A stretch of DNA of 32,000 nt from Terriglobia bacterium (GCA_963699945.1 CAVOVW010000011.1:177642-209641); one strand, 5' to 3'. Positions 9,651 to 20,023 are shown, counted from the first letter of the stretch. Program-made: numbers and translations. The notes: generated by a model not told the origin, from the letters alone.

Positions 9651-10421
9651 ATGAAACTTGTGATCGATACGGTGGAGGCCACTTTAACGCGCGTGGACCA
9701 GGAGACTTCGACAACTTTACCGCTCTACAGCAAGCAAGCGTTCGAAGCGCTGTCCCTGGAATGGGTGCGCGTGGGCTGGAGCCTGAAGTACTATCACAAC
9801 TTCAGTTGGCTGGGCATGCCGATCCTGCAACTGCCGGAGGATATGATTCGCCTGCAGGAAGTAATCTACCGGGTCCGGCCGAAACTGATTATCGAAACAG
9901 GAGTTTTTCTAGGCGGCTCGCTGCTGTTCCACGCGTCGCTGTTGCAGATGCTGGGCGGAGGACATGTGATCGGTATCGAGTATGCGCCGTGTGACGATGT
10001 CCGGAAAGCCGTCGCCGAGCATAGCCTTGCCCAGCACATATCGATCATTGAAGGTGATTCCGCCGCCCCGGCCGTCGTCGAAAGAGTGAAAGCGATGGCT
10101 GCGGGTGTGTCTCCGGTGCTGGTGATTTTGGATTCCGACCACAGTTATGCGCACGTTATACGGGAACTGGAGGCGTATGCGCCGCTGGTGACGCCAGGGT
10201 CGTACATCGTGGCGACTGACGGCATCATGCGCGATCTTACGGACCTGCCGCGAGCGGAGGAGTCGTGGAAGACGGACAATCCCTACACGGCGGCCTGCGC
10301 GTTTGCGGCGAAGCATCCCGAGTTCCGCCAGCAGCAGCCCGCGTGGCCATTCCACGACGGGGAACTCACGGAAAACGTCACTTACTGGCCCGGGGCGTGG
10401 CTGGAACGGCTGGCCTTGTGA
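9651..10421 (+). CDS. CmcI / cephalosporin-hydroxylase-family class I methyltransferase (rhamnosyl O-methyltransferase-like)
   Basis: 256 aa. WLGMPILQLPEDMIRLQEVIYRVRPKLIIETGVFLGGSLLF and VILDSDHSYAHV are characteristic of the CmcI family. GAGGTGA lies directly upstream of the ATG. Confidence 0.85.
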   Translation: MKLVIDTVEATLTRVDQETSTTLPLYSKQAFEALSLEWVRVGWSLKYYHNFSWLGMPILQLPEDMIRLQEVIYRVRPKLIIETGVFLGGSLLFHASLLQMLGGGHVIGIEYAPCDDVRKAVAEHSLAQHISIIEGDSAAPAVVERVKAMAAGVSPVLVILDSDHSYAHVIRELEAYAPLVTPGSYIVATDGIMRDLTDLPRAEESWKTDNPYTAACAFAAKHPEFRQQQPAWPFHDGELTENVTYWPGAWLERLAL

Positions 10422-10545
10422 GACTGGAGATCCGAATTTCATAAGGAGTTGTAATCCCACCTTGACAGGTGGGGCTGAGCGGCGAATCCGTCCGATGAAG
10501 GGGCGGGACTGATTTCGTGGGTTTGCTAATTTCGGCGGCACCTTT

Positions 10546-10574
10546 TTGGCGGCGCGCAAGGTGCCTTGTATACT
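10546..10574 (+). promoter_or_regulatory. Putative sigma70-type promoter giving a leaderless exosortase mRNA
   Basis: -35 TTGGCG (10546-10551), 17-nt spacer, -10 TATACT (10569-10574). The ATG at 10582 is 8 nt downstream and has no Shine-Dalgarno. Confidence 0.3.
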
Positions 10575-10581
10575 GAAAGTC

Positions 10582-11400
10582 ATGGGTCGTAAGCGAGTTG
10601 CGACGATTATCGCCGCCATCATCTTGCTGGGAATCTGCTATGCCCGGACCATCTCCGGCATGATTTACCAATGGACCAACGACGAGGATATGGGCCATGG
10701 TTTCGCCGTGCCCTTCGTCATGGCGTTCATTGTCTGGCGCGAGCGTAAACGCTGGCAGACGCTGACGCCGCAGCCCAGCGCGTGGGGTTTCGCGTTTCTC
10801 GCGATGGGCGCCGCGATCCAGTTTCTTTCGGCGCTCGGCACAGGCTTGTTTGCGGGATCGGTGGGCTTCCTGGTTTCGGTGTTCGGCCTAGTGGTTTGCT
10901 TCGGCGGTTTTCGGTACGTGAAAGCGTGGGCTTTCCCGCTGATCCTGGGTCTATTTATGCTGCCGAAACTGGCGGTAGTTTATAACCAAACCACACTGCC
11001 CATGCAGCTATTAGCCAGCCGGATGGCGGCGGGCCTTCTGACGGTGAGCGGCTTCGGCGTGATTCGCGATGGAAATATCCTGCAGGTGGGCGGGCACAGC
11101 GTGATGGTGGCGGAGGCCTGCAGCGGGATTCGTTATTTATTGCCGCTCGCTTTTATGGCCGTGCTGATCGGCTATTTCGCGGACCGCCGCGTGTGGATGC
11201 GCGCAGTGATGGCCGCGCTTGCGTTCCCGCTGGCGATTGTGGCGAACGCCGTGCGCGTGGCCGCTTCGGCCGCCGTTCCCACGCTGGCCGAAGGGACTCC
11301 GCACGAGTTGATCGGTCTGGTGATTTTCGTTTTCTGTTTGGGCGTGCTGATGCTGTGCTGCAAGTGGCTGAATCCAACGCCGGGGAGCGCGCATGCGTAG
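10582..11400 (+). CDS. Exosortase (EpsH/Xrt family transpeptidase)
   Basis: Polytopic membrane protein with WTNDEDMGHGFAVP, catalytic Cys motif AEACSGIRYL, and ANAVRVA and PHELIG (Cys/Arg/His triad). Start taken at MGRKRVA (10582); the track start at 10546 is the alternative. Confidence 0.85.
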   Translation: MGRKRVATIIAAIILLGICYARTISGMIYQWTNDEDMGHGFAVPFVMAFIVWRERKRWQTLTPQPSAWGFAFLAMGAAIQFLSALGTGLFAGSVGFLVSVFGLVVCFGGFRYVKAWAFPLILGLFMLPKLAVVYNQTTLPMQLLASRMAAGLLTVSGFGVIRDGNILQVGGHSVMVAEACSGIRYLLPLAFMAVLIGYFADRRVWMRAVMAALAFPLAIVANAVRVAASAAVPTLAEGTPHELIGLVIFVFCLGVLMLCCKWLNPTPGSAHA

Positions 11401-12040
11401 CACGGGTCTCGCAGTTCTGGGATTTTTGCTGCTGCAATCGCTGGCCGTGCATTGGCTGGCCGGGTCGGAGCGGCCGCCTGCGATGCCCGATCTCTCGAAG
11501 TTTCCCACGGTGATCAACAACTGGACGAGGTCGCACGAAGATCCGATTGGCGACGACGTTAAGAAAGAGCTGAACGCAGACCAACTGATCAGCCGCGGAT
11601 ATATGAATCCGGAAAAAACGGTGGACGCGGGGCTGTTTGTGGCGTGGTTCCAATCGCAAAGCTCCGGGCTGAAGCAGCCGCATTCGCCGCAGGTGTGCCT
11701 GCCGGGCTCCGGCTGGGTTCCCGAAGTGACCGATGACGTGGCGTTGAACACGTCGCTCGGGGCGATTCGCGTGAACCGCTACATCGTGGTGAACGGCGGC
11801 AGTCGCGCCGTGGTGCTGTATTGGTATCAGACGCCTCGCCGGGTGATCGAAAGCGAATGGGCCGCCAAGTTCTGGCTGATTCCGGACTCGGTGCGCGACC
11901 GGCGCACGGACACATCACTGGTGCGCATCGTCACCTGGGCCACGAAACCCGGAAGCGAAGGAACGCAGTTGGCTACGAATGCCGCACGTGCTTTTGGCGA
12001 GCAGGTGTATCCGGTTTTGCGCGCGTGGCTGCCGCGGTAA
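11393..12040 (+). CDS. epsI: EpsI-family exosortase-associated protein
   Basis: 215 aa. N-terminal anchor. Hallmark FVAWFQSQSSGLKQPHSPQVCLPGSGW. The ATG overlaps the exosortase stop (gcgcATGcgTAG). Confidence 0.85.
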   Translation: MRSTGLAVLGFLLLQSLAVHWLAGSERPPAMPDLSKFPTVINNWTRSHEDPIGDDVKKELNADQLISRGYMNPEKTVDAGLFVAWFQSQSSGLKQPHSPQVCLPGSGWVPEVTDDVALNTSLGAIRVNRYIVVNGGSRAVVLYWYQTPRRVIESEWAAKFWLIPDSVRDRRTDTSLVRIVTWATKPGSEGTQLATNAARAFGEQVYPVLRAWLPR

Positions 12041-12097
12041 CTATATGAGAATCCCTATGGAGGCGCGAAGGCCCCGTATGGCGCGCGCGGCTTCGCC

Positions 12098-13152
12098 GTG
12101 CGCATTATCAACGTGACTCGCGCCGCCACGCTTAAGTCCCTCGGTAAAATCAATCTCGATCTGCGGATCCTGCATCGCCGGGCAGACGGTTTTCACGAGC
12201 TGCGAACGGTGTTTCAAACCGTTTCGCTGGCCGACACCATCGACATTACATTTGAACCGGCGCGCAAGACCGAGATTGCGATCGAAGATTCGCTGAGCAT
12301 CCCGGATAATCTGGTGCTGCGGGCGGCGGAAGCGGCGCTCGACGCGATGAAGGTGCACGGGCGGGTCCGTTTCAAGCTGCGTAAACAGATTCCGATGGGC
12401 GCGGGAATGGGCGGCGGTTCCAGCAACGCGGCCGCGGTGCTGCTGGCGTTGCCGGTGCTGGCGGGGAAGAAGATCGCTTACGAAAAGCTGCTCGCGCTGG
12501 GAGCCGAACTGGGCAGCGACGTGCCGTTTTTTCTTAGCGGAGGAACCGCGGTGGCCATCGATCGGGGCACTGAGTTGTATGCGCTGCCGGATATAAAGGA
12601 AGAGCCGATTCTGGTGGTCGCCTCGGGGCTTCACGTCGCCACGGGACCCGCTTATCAAGCGCTGAATCGCGGTTTGACTTTGCCCGATTCGTCACGTAAT
12701 ATTAATGGTTTCCAGCTCTTCGTCCGGGCATTAGGGGACTTAGGCTCGGCGAGGGCGGCGAGTGCGTTCAGCGCGAACGATTTCGAGCCGGTCGTATTTA
12801 GCCAGCATCCCCAGCTTCAGGTCCTGTTCCAAAGGTTGCAGCGCGCGTCTTTAACCTTTTCGCGCCCGGCCGGGAACAGTGTGCGGCGAAAAGCCCGGCC
12901 CTCCTAAAAAAGGAAGGTGATGGAGCGAGGATGACAGGCAGCGGGTCGGCCTTGTTCGCGCTTTTCCGTTCTAAGGCGGAACGCGACCGCGTGGAAAAGA
13001 GTTTAGGGCGGGATCGGGAGTTCGAGGGAAGCCGGGTGATTCCGGCCAAACTGGTGAGCCGCGGGAGTTATCAGCGGCTCTGGCGGAAACAACTGGCCCC
13101 GCACGCAACAGCGGAAAAGATATGGCCGCCCCAAAGCCGGTACGCGCGATGA
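12098..13152 (+). pseudogene. ispE: 4-diphosphocytidyl-2-C-methyl-D-erythritol kinase, reading frame disrupted as given
   Basis: GHMP-kinase motifs KINLDLRILHRRADGFHELRTVFQTV and IPMGAGMGGGSSNAAAVLLAL are in frame 2, which stops at 12907. The conserved C-terminal MTGSGSALFALF continues in frame 1 (12931-13152). At least one frameshift lies between ~12840 and 12905. The stop overlaps the prs ATG (ATGA at 13149-13152). Confidence 0.85.
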
Positions 13153-14098
13153 GGTTCAACCACTTCAAGGTGTTCTCGGGCAACGCCAATCCCGCCCTGG
13201 CGGCGGAGATCTGCTACGAGCTGGGCTGCCAGTTGGCCGCCGTCAACGTCAAGCAGTTTTCCGACGGCGAAGTGCATCTGCAGATTCAGGAAAACGTGCG
13301 CGGGGCCGACGTTTTCGTGGTGCAGCCGACCTGCACGCCCGGTGGACCGGCACCTGATGGAATTGCTGCTGATGATGGACGCGCTGAAACGCGCCTCAGC
13401 GGAGCGCATCACGGCAGTGTTACCCTATTATGGGTATGCGCGGCAGGACCGTAAGGACCGTCCGCGTATGCCGATTTCGGCGCGTCTGGTGGCGAGTCTG
13501 CTGGAGCGCGCTGGAGCCAACCGCATTTTGGCGCTGGATTTACACGCAGCGCAGATTCAGGGCTTTTTCGATGTCCCGGTGGACCATTTATTTGCGGATG
13601 CCGGTGATGATCGAGTATTTCGAGGAGATGCGGCGGCGACAGGTTTGACGGTGGTGTCGCCCGATGCGGGCGGCGTGGAACGCGCGCGGGCGTTCGCCAA
13701 GCGGTTGGATTCGCCGCTGGCGATCATCGATAAACGGCGCACGGAAGTGAACGTGGCCGAAGTGATGCATATCATCGGCGACGTGGAAGGTCAGCATTGC
13801 CTGATCGTGGACGATTTGATCGACACGGCGGGTACGCTGGTGAAGGCGGCCGAGGCGCTGCTGAAGCAGGGCGCCAAATCGGTGCGGGCCTGTGCGACGC
13901 ATGCGGTGCTGTCGGGCCCGGCGGTGGAACGGATTGAGAATTCGGAGCTGAAGAAGTGATCGTGACGAACTCGATTCCTTTGCGCGGAAGAGGCCGAGGA
14001 TTGCAGCGCGGATCAAGCAGCTTTCGGTGGCGCCGCTGCTGGCGAAGGCGATTCAGTCGATCCACGAAGACGGTTCGGTAAGTACGTTATTTGTTTAG
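13149..14098 (+). pseudogene. prs: Ribose-phosphate pyrophosphokinase, about five frameshifts as given
   Basis: The conserved Prs sequence is recoverable only by frame hopping: [23 protein letters not shown] (frame 3); [58 protein letters not shown] (frame 1); [10 protein letters not shown] (frame 2); [37 protein letters not shown] (frame 1); VIVTNSIPL (frame 3); IKQLSVAPLLAKAIQSIHEDGSVSTLFV* (frame 2, stop 14096-14098). Confidence 0.9.
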
Positions 14099-14130
14099 TG
14101 ATTTTGTTCGGACGACGTGTGAAGGGATTT

Positions 14131-14821
14131 ATGAAGAAAAGACATTACGATTGCTGCGGAACCGCGCGACACGCGCGGCAAGAATGAAGCGCGGCGGCTG
14201 CGCGTAGCCGGGTCGGCTCCGGCGGTGCTGTACGGTGCGGGCGGCGAATGCCGTCGCCGTGGCGGTGAATCCGAAAGAGATCAACAAGATTCTGCACAGC
14301 AAGACCGGGCACAACACGATTTTCGACATCGCCGTGAAGGGCGGCGAGACGTACGCCCGTCATGATCGTCGACTGGCAGAACGATCCCATCAAGGAAACG
14401 CTGCTGCACGTCGACCTGAAGCGCATCGATCTGACGAAGCGCATCCGCGTCAAGGTTCCGGTGCACACGCACGGCGATCCGAAGGGCGTGAAGCTGCAGG
14501 GCGGATTGCACGAACTGATCACGCGCGAAATCGAAATCGAGTGCCTGCCGGACGAGATTCCCGAAGAATTCATCGTGGAGGTGTCGGAGCTGATGATCGG
14601 CCAAAACATCCGCGCGGGCGAAATTCCGCTGGGCGGATCCGATCAAGCTGGTGAGCAATCCGCGAAGCCGTGATTTCGCACGTGGTGGCGATGAAGGTGG
14701 AAGCAGAGCCCGGCGGCACGGCGGAAGCGGCGCAGCGCCGGCAGCGGCGGCCGAGCCCGAAGTCATCAAGAAGGGCAAGAAGGAAGAAGAAGCCGCGGCC
14801 GACGAGAAGAAGAAGAAATAG
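14131..14821 (+). pseudogene. rplY: Ribosomal protein L25/Ctc, at least five frameshifts as given
   Basis: The start ATGAAGAAAAGAC has one extra A relative to the readable MKKDITIAAEPRDTRGKNEARRLR. Later segments (AVAVNPKEINKILHSKTGHNTIFDIAVKGGE; VMIVDWQNDPIKETLLHVDLKRIDLTKRIRVKVPVHTHGDPKGVKLQGG..; IKLVSNP..AVISHVVAMKVEAEP; EPEVIKKGKKEEEAAADEKKKK*) lie in different frames. Confidence 0.85.
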
Positions 14822-14875
14822 CCTGGGGCCAGGGACCTGCGAGAAAAGCTGGGGCCAGCCCGAGGAATCCTGGAC

Positions 14876-15496
14876 ATGGCGGACCAGATCGATTTCCTGG
14901 TGGTCGGGCTGGGCAATCCGGGCGAGGAATACGAGAATACGCCGCACAATCTGGGCTTTCTCGTGATGGACCGGCTGGCGGAATCGCACGGGATTCGCGT
15001 CACGCGGAAAGAAAATTTTTCGAAGGTGGGGCTAGGCACCGATGCGCGCGAAAAAAGTCGCGCTGGCCAAGCCGCAGACGTTCATGAATCTGAGCGGCCC
15101 GGCGGTAAAGGGGCTGCTCGAACGGTACGGATTAACACACGACCGTTTGATTGTGGTGTATGACGAGCTCGACGTTCCGTGGGGCGAGTTGCGGATCAGG
15201 CCGAAAGGCTCGGCGGCGGGCCACAACGGAGTGAAGAGCGTGATCGGAAGCCTGGGGACGCAGCGAGATTCCCGCGGGTCCGGTTGGGAATCCGTCCCAT
15301 TGTGAAACCAGGGCATCCGATCGGGGATGGAGCAAGTTTGTGCTCGCGCCGTTCCGGCGGGCGCAAATGAAGGAAGTGGAGGAAATGGTCGACGCGAGGA
15401 GCCGCGGCTGTGGAATCCATACTCGCTGATGGCGTCGAAAAGTCCATGGCGGTTTTTAACCGTCGCGCCCAAGGCTTAAATACAGAGGAAGAATGA
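14876..15496 (+). pseudogene. pth: Peptidyl-tRNA hydrolase, four frameshifts as given
   Basis: [22 protein letters not shown] (frame 2); [55 protein letters not shown] (frame 3); FPRVRLGIRP (frame 2); SKFVLAPFRRAQMKEVEEMVD (frame 1); AAVESILADGVEKSMAVFNRR..* (frame 2). The stop overlaps the rpsF ATG. Confidence 0.85.
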
Positions 15497-15970
15497 GAGT
15501 CTACGAAGAGTTGTTCATCTTGAAGCCCGACACCTCGGAAGAGGAAGTCGACGGCTTTATCGAGCAGATCAAGACGATTGATCACCAACGGCAAGGGGAC
15601 CGTCGACAAGGTCGACAAGTGGGGCGTGCGCAAGCTGGCCTATCGCGTGCAGAAGTACGGCGAAGGAAACTATACGCTGATCCAATTCAGCTCTGCGCCG
15701 GAACTGGTGCATGAAGTGGAACGCCGCATGCGCGTCACCGATATGGTGATCAAGTTCATCACCGTGCGCATCGACGAAAAGATGAAGAAAATCGAGAAGC
15801 GCAAGAAGGCTCGCGACAAGCGCGCGGCACGCAGACCGGCGCCGATGCCGATGCCCGCGGCTGTGGCTCCGGCGATGCCCGCGGCTCCTGTTCCAGCGGC
15901 CCCGGCCGAGCTCGCACCAGCCGCAGTGCCCGCAGGTCCGGCACCCGGATTGCCGAAAGGGGAGGAGTAA
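15493..15970 (+). pseudogene. rpsF: Ribosomal protein S6 with Ala/Pro-rich C-terminal extension, one frameshift near 15575
   Basis: [29 protein letters not shown] (frame 1) continues as [36 protein letters not shown].. (frame 2) after acgattGatcacc. Confidence 0.9.
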
Positions 15971-15973
15971 GCC

Positions 15974-16273
15974 ATGGCCGAATCCAGAGGCGGAAGGCCG
16001 ATGAGCGCGTCGCAGAGGCCGACAGGCGGCGACAAGGCCACGGCGGGGAAGAAACAATTTTTCCGGCGCAAAAAGATGTGCCGGTTCTGTGTGGATAAGA
16101 TCGACGACATCAATTATAAGGACGTTCGCTTGTTGAACTCCTTTATGTCCGAACGCGGCAAGATCACGCCGCGACGCATCTCGGGCGTATGCGCGCCGCA
16201 CCAGCGGCGTTTGGCGGAAGCGATCAAACAGGCGCGCAACATCGCGCTGATGCCGTTCTCGACGTCGATCTAG
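15974..16273 (+). CDS. rpsR: Ribosomal protein S18
   Basis: Intact 99 aa: [67 protein letters not shown]. Confidence 0.95.
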   Translation: MAESRGGRPMSASQRPTGGDKATAGKKQFFRRKKMCRFCVDKIDDINYKDVRLLNSFMSERGKITPRRISGVCAPHQRRLAEAIKQARNIALMPFSTSI

Positions 16274-16312
16274 GGCGCCGGCGCATCACAAGAGACGCAT
16301 AAGGAAACTGTC

Positions 16313-16762
16313 ATGGAAGTCATTCTAAGAGAAGAAGTCGAAAAGCTTGGCCGGCGCGGCGACCTGGTAAAGGTCGCCTCCGGTTATGCACGTAATTTTC
16401 TGCTGCCGCAGCGCCTGGCGGTGCTCGCGACGGAATCCAACAAAAAGATCGTGGAGCAGGAAAAGCAGGCCCACTTGCGCCGCGACGCCAAAGCGGTGTC
16501 GGAAGCGCAGGAGCTCGCCAAGATGATGGGCTCGGTTTCGGTGACCATCACGCAGAAAGCCGGCGAGAACGATCACCTGTTCGGTTCGGTGACGGCCGGC
16601 GATATCGCCGCCGCGCTCGAAAAGCAAGGTTACAACGTGGATCGTCGCAAGGTTCATCTGGAGGAGCCGATCAAGCAGCTCGGCGATTTCAAAGCCTCCG
16701 TGCGTCTGCATCGCGACGTTACGCTAGACGTTCCGGTTCACGTAGTGCGCGAAGCGGAATAA
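16313..16762 (+). CDS. rplI: Ribosomal protein L9
   Basis: Intact 149 aa: MEVILREEVEKLGRRGDLVKVASGYARNFLLPQRLAV. Confidence 0.95.
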   Translation: MEVILREEVEKLGRRGDLVKVASGYARNFLLPQRLAVLATESNKKIVEQEKQAHLRRDAKAVSEAQELAKMMGSVSVTITQKAGENDHLFGSVTAGDIAAALEKQGYNVDRRKVHLEEPIKQLGDFKASVRLHRDVTLDVPVHVVREAE

Positions 16763-16831
16763 GGCCGAGGCCGGTCGCCAGGGCCAGCGTCGCTAGAGGC
16801 CAAGCGAAGACGCACTGGTTGAGAGGGTGCC

Positions 16832-18484
16832 ATGGCAATCACCGAAGAACTGTTGCGCGATGCCGCCAGAGGGCGCGTCGGCGTCGACCAACGATTTCTT
16901 AAACTCATACTCGATCAAAACGATCCTGCCGGGATTCTGCGTTTCGCCGCGGAATCTCACGACGAACAGCAAAGCCGCGATTTCAAAATTGAGCTGGATC
17001 CGCTGCTGGCGGATCTTTTCCGCCACTACCGCACGCGCGTCGAGCCCGGCGCGGAGTTATCGGCGGACAATCTCGCGATCCTCGATTTCTATCTGGGGAT
17101 GGTGCGGCGCGCACCGGACGACGTGGACGACGGCGTCATTCAGGCGCTGCTCCCTTTTGGCAAACATGCCGTCGAACCCCTGCTAAAGCTATACCAGGAA
17201 CTGGGCGAGGAACAAGGATCGGACATTGCATTCGTGCTCGCTACGTTGCGCGCGCGCGATCCGCGCGTGCTCGCACTGTTGGTCGAGCGCCTGGAGTATG
17301 ACGCGGCCGACGGCGCATTTTGCCTGGGATTATATGGCGACCGCGCCGCTCGCGCGCCGCTCGAAAAAATGCTCGTGGAAATTTCGCCGGAAGACACCGA
17401 ACTGCGGCGCGAAATCAGCTACGCGATCGAGCAGCTTGACGCGCCCGATCCGCACTATGAACCCGAGGCGTTCGACGTTTACGTCGAATATCCCAAGCGC
17501 ACGCTGCCGCCGTTCGATGTGCTCGAGGAATCCGACCGGTTGGATCTACTGAAATCTTCCGACGCGGATGTACGCGCCGGGGCGGCCCATAGTTTCTTCA
17601 ATCAGGAATTGAGTGGGGCGGCGCGCAAGGGGCTTCTGGACGCGGCTCGTGCCGACGATGAGGCACCGGTGCGCGGGGAAGCATGGGCATCGCTTAGCGA
17701 CGCCGTGGGCAATGAGACAGGCGAGGCGAAGAAGCTTCGCGAAGAGATGATTGCCGTGCTTGATGATCAATCGCGCGCGGTGGAAGAGCGTGGCGGCGCG
17801 GCCGTAGGCCTGCACGCGGTCGCCGATCGCGACGATGTCCGCAAAGGGCTGGAGGCACTCTACGCGGAAGGCGGCAAGGGCCGCATTCGGGCTTTAGAAG
17901 CCATGTGGCGTTCGCTCCATCAGCCTTACGCGAAATTCTTCGCCAGTCATCTCGACATCGGCGTTGCCGAAAACGCAAACGCCGAAAATAAAGATCCACT
18001 GCTGCTGCGGCAGGCGCTGCGCGGCGCGGGATATTTCCGGATCACGTCGCAAATCGACAAAATCGCGACGTTCTTCGATGGCGAAGCGCCTTACGACGAT
18101 CTACGCGAAGATGCTCTATTCGCATACGCGCTCGCCATGCCTGGTGAGACGTCGCGCGGCCGCGTGAAAGGAATGCTGCGCAAGATCGACGATCTGGCGA
18201 ACCTCTCGGAAGACGAGACGGATTTGGTGGAGTTCGCGCTCGATGAACGTTTGCGCTTGCATGGTCTCGCGCCGGTATTTGAAGCCGAGCGCGCGGCGCA
18301 GCTTCACGAAGAAGAACACAGTCATGAAGGTCATGACCACAGCGGGCACAGCCATAATGGTCACGTTCATCATGACGAACACGCTGCGCCATCCTCAGCC
18401 GCAGCGCCGCAAGCCAAGTCGGGCCGCAACGATCCCTGCCCGTGCGGCAGCGGGAAAAAATACAAGAAGTGTCACGGCGCGTAA
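16832..18484 (+). CDS. SEC-C metal-binding-motif protein with helical-repeat body and His-rich segment
   Basis: 550 aa. C-terminus [20 protein letters not shown] is a SEC-C motif. It is preceded by [26 protein letters not shown]. The body is Ala/Leu/Asp/Arg-rich and helical-repeat-like. Confidence 0.7.
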   Translation: MAITEELLRDAARGRVGVDQRFLKLILDQNDPAGILRFAAESHDEQQSRDFKIELDPLLADLFRHYRTRVEPGAELSADNLAILDFYLGMVRRAPDDVDDGVIQALLPFGKHAVEPLLKLYQELGEEQGSDIAFVLATLRARDPRVLALLVERLEYDAADGAFCLGLYGDRAARAPLEKMLVEISPEDTELRREISYAIEQLDAPDPHYEPEAFDVYVEYPKRTLPPFDVLEESDRLDLLKSSDADVRAGAAHSFFNQELSGAARKGLLDAARADDEAPVRGEAWASLSDAVGNETGEAKKLREEMIAVLDDQSRAVEERGGAAVGLHAVADRDDVRKGLEALYAEGGKGRIRALEAMWRSLHQPYAKFFASHLDIGVAENANAENKDPLLLRQALRGAGYFRITSQIDKIATFFDGEAPYDDLREDALFAYALAMPGETSRGRVKGMLRKIDDLANLSEDETDLVEFALDERLRLHGLAPVFEAERAAQLHEEEHSHEGHDHSGHSHNGHVHHDEHAAPSSAAAPQAKSGRNDPCPCGSGKKYKKCHGA

Positions 18485-18565
18485 CCGCTGGGCGAAGCCG
18501 CACGCCTAAAGGTACGGCGCCCGAACGAGCACGCTTAAAATAAACTTAGCGCGGACCAAATTAGA

Positions 18566-19969
18566 GTGTCTACTTCCCGGCCTTCCCTTCTCCGTCAGCT
18601 TGGCGTCGTGAGCGCAACCGCGCTCGTCGTGTCTAACATGATCGGCACGGGAATCTTCACCACCAGTGGATTCCTGGCTGGCGATCTCGGATCTCCCAAG
18701 CTGGTTCTGTGGATCTGGGTAGTAGGTGCCATCGTCGCGCTGTGCGGCGCATTTTGCTATTCCGAACTCGGCGTCAACATGCCCAGTTCCGGCGGCGAAT
18801 ACGTATACCTGACGCAAGCCTTCGGTCCCACATGGGGATTTATGACGGGCTGGGTTTCGTTCTTCGCCGGGTTCTCCGCGCCGATCGCCGCAGGCGCGTT
18901 GGCGTTCGCGGATTACCTGGGCCACTTCTTCCCTCCTCTGCATGAGGAACACGCGCACGTGTTATTTGGTTCGGGTGACTGGCCCCTGTCGTTCGGAGGC
19001 GCGCAGATGGTGGCATGCGCCCTGATCGCGGTGTTCACGATCATCAACATTTTTGGAGTTATGCGCGTCGCGCGCCTGCAAAATGTCCTGACCGGTGCAA
19101 AGATATTAGTTCTGGTGGCGTTCATCGCCATGGCGTTTACGATGGGCAACGGCGAGTGGGGAAACTTTTCCCTGAATGCGGCCCGTACGGCGAAGACGTC
19201 GTTGAGCGCGCAGTTCGCGATCAGCCTGTTTTGGATTTACTTCGCCTATAGCGGGTGGAACGCTGCCACGTATGTCGCCGAGGAATTGCGGCAGCCGGCA
19301 CGCACGCTTCCGCTCGCACTGACCGTTGGCACGGTGTTGGTGGGAGCATTGTACGTGGCGCTGAACGTCGTCTTCATTTACGCGGCGCCTCTCGAGGTGA
19401 TGAAGGGCGAGCTCGCAGTGGGCGCACTGGCCGCCTCGCGATTGTTCGGACCACAAGTGGCCGACATGTTCAGCGCACTGCTCGCACTTTCACTCATGTC
19501 GATGGTGAACGCAATGGTCACAATCGGCCCGCGCGTGTACTACGCAATGGCCAAGAATAAGGCGTTTTTGAGCGCGGCGGCGAAAGTGCATCCGAAGTAT
19601 CACACGCCCGTGGCGGCCATCGTGGCACAAGGCGTGTGTGCGATGCTTTTGACGATGACTCCGTTTCCACAATTAGTGCAGTACATCGGGTTCACGCTGA
19701 ATTTCTTTGCGGTGATGAGCGTTGTTTCGCTGCTCATGTTCCGGCGGCGACCGGGTTGGCAGAAGCTCGGTGTCGTGAGCTTCGCCTATCCCTTGATCCC
19801 GGTCGTTTTCCTGATCGTCGGCCTGTGGATGACGGTGATGGGCCTGCAACTGAAGCCCTGGATCTCGCTCGCCGCCGTCGTGACCCTTGCGACGGGAGCG
19901 ATCTTTTATCACTACGGATTGCGCACGCGCGCCCATCAGGCAGAAACGCCAACGATCGAAACGTACTAA
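18566..19969 (+). CDS. APC-family amino acid/polyamine permease
   Basis: 467 aa, roughly 12 TM segments. N-terminal signature LVVSNMIGTGIFTTSGFLAGDLGSP. GTG start. Confidence 0.9.
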   Translation: MSTSRPSLLRQLGVVSATALVVSNMIGTGIFTTSGFLAGDLGSPKLVLWIWVVGAIVALCGAFCYSELGVNMPSSGGEYVYLTQAFGPTWGFMTGWVSFFAGFSAPIAAGALAFADYLGHFFPPLHEEHAHVLFGSGDWPLSFGGAQMVACALIAVFTIINIFGVMRVARLQNVLTGAKILVLVAFIAMAFTMGNGEWGNFSLNAARTAKTSLSAQFAISLFWIYFAYSGWNAATYVAEELRQPARTLPLALTVGTVLVGALYVALNVVFIYAAPLEVMKGELAVGALAASRLFGPQVADMFSALLALSLMSMVNAMVTIGPRVYYAMAKNKAFLSAAAKVHPKYHTPVAAIVAQGVCAMLLTMTPFPQLVQYIGFTLNFFAVMSVVSLLMFRRRPGWQKLGVVSFAYPLIPVVFLIVGLWMTVMGLQLKPWISLAAVVTLATGAIFYHYGLRTRAHQAETPTIETY

Positions 19970-19994
19970 AACCGCGCTGATATACTGTTATTAG

Positions 19995-20023
19995 TTGCGC
20001 GAGATTAATTGGCTGCCTATAAC
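19995..20023 (+). promoter_or_regulatory. Putative sigma70-type promoter of the tRNA gene
   Basis: -35 TTGCGC (19995-20000), 17-nt spacer, -10 TATAAC (20018-20023). The tRNA 5' end is at 20028. Confidence 0.35.

Noticed and set aside
10456-10473. The hairpin CCCACC-TTGACA-GGTGGG after the methyltransferase gene as an intrinsic terminator.
   Set aside because: No U-tract follows it. The stem is only 6 bp, and the loop could equally be a -35 hexamer by chance.
9909-10622. Long antisense or overlapping ORFs in the track: 9909-10622(-), 11137-11751(-), 12041-12658(-), 14281-15039(-), 15569-16201(-), 28358-29083(-), and many 60-140 aa ORFs.
   Set aside because: They overlap confidently assigned genes on the opposite strand or in another frame. 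They are Arg/Pro/Gly/Ala-rich, as expected for shadow ORFs in high-GC DNA, and carry no recognisable motifs.
12800-15600. Programmed ribosomal frameshifting or recoding as the explanation for the broken prs/rplY/pth/rpsF/ispE frames.
   Set aside because: There are too many events per gene (up to five), in both directions, with no slippery heptamers or downstream structures. These genes are not known to use recoding.
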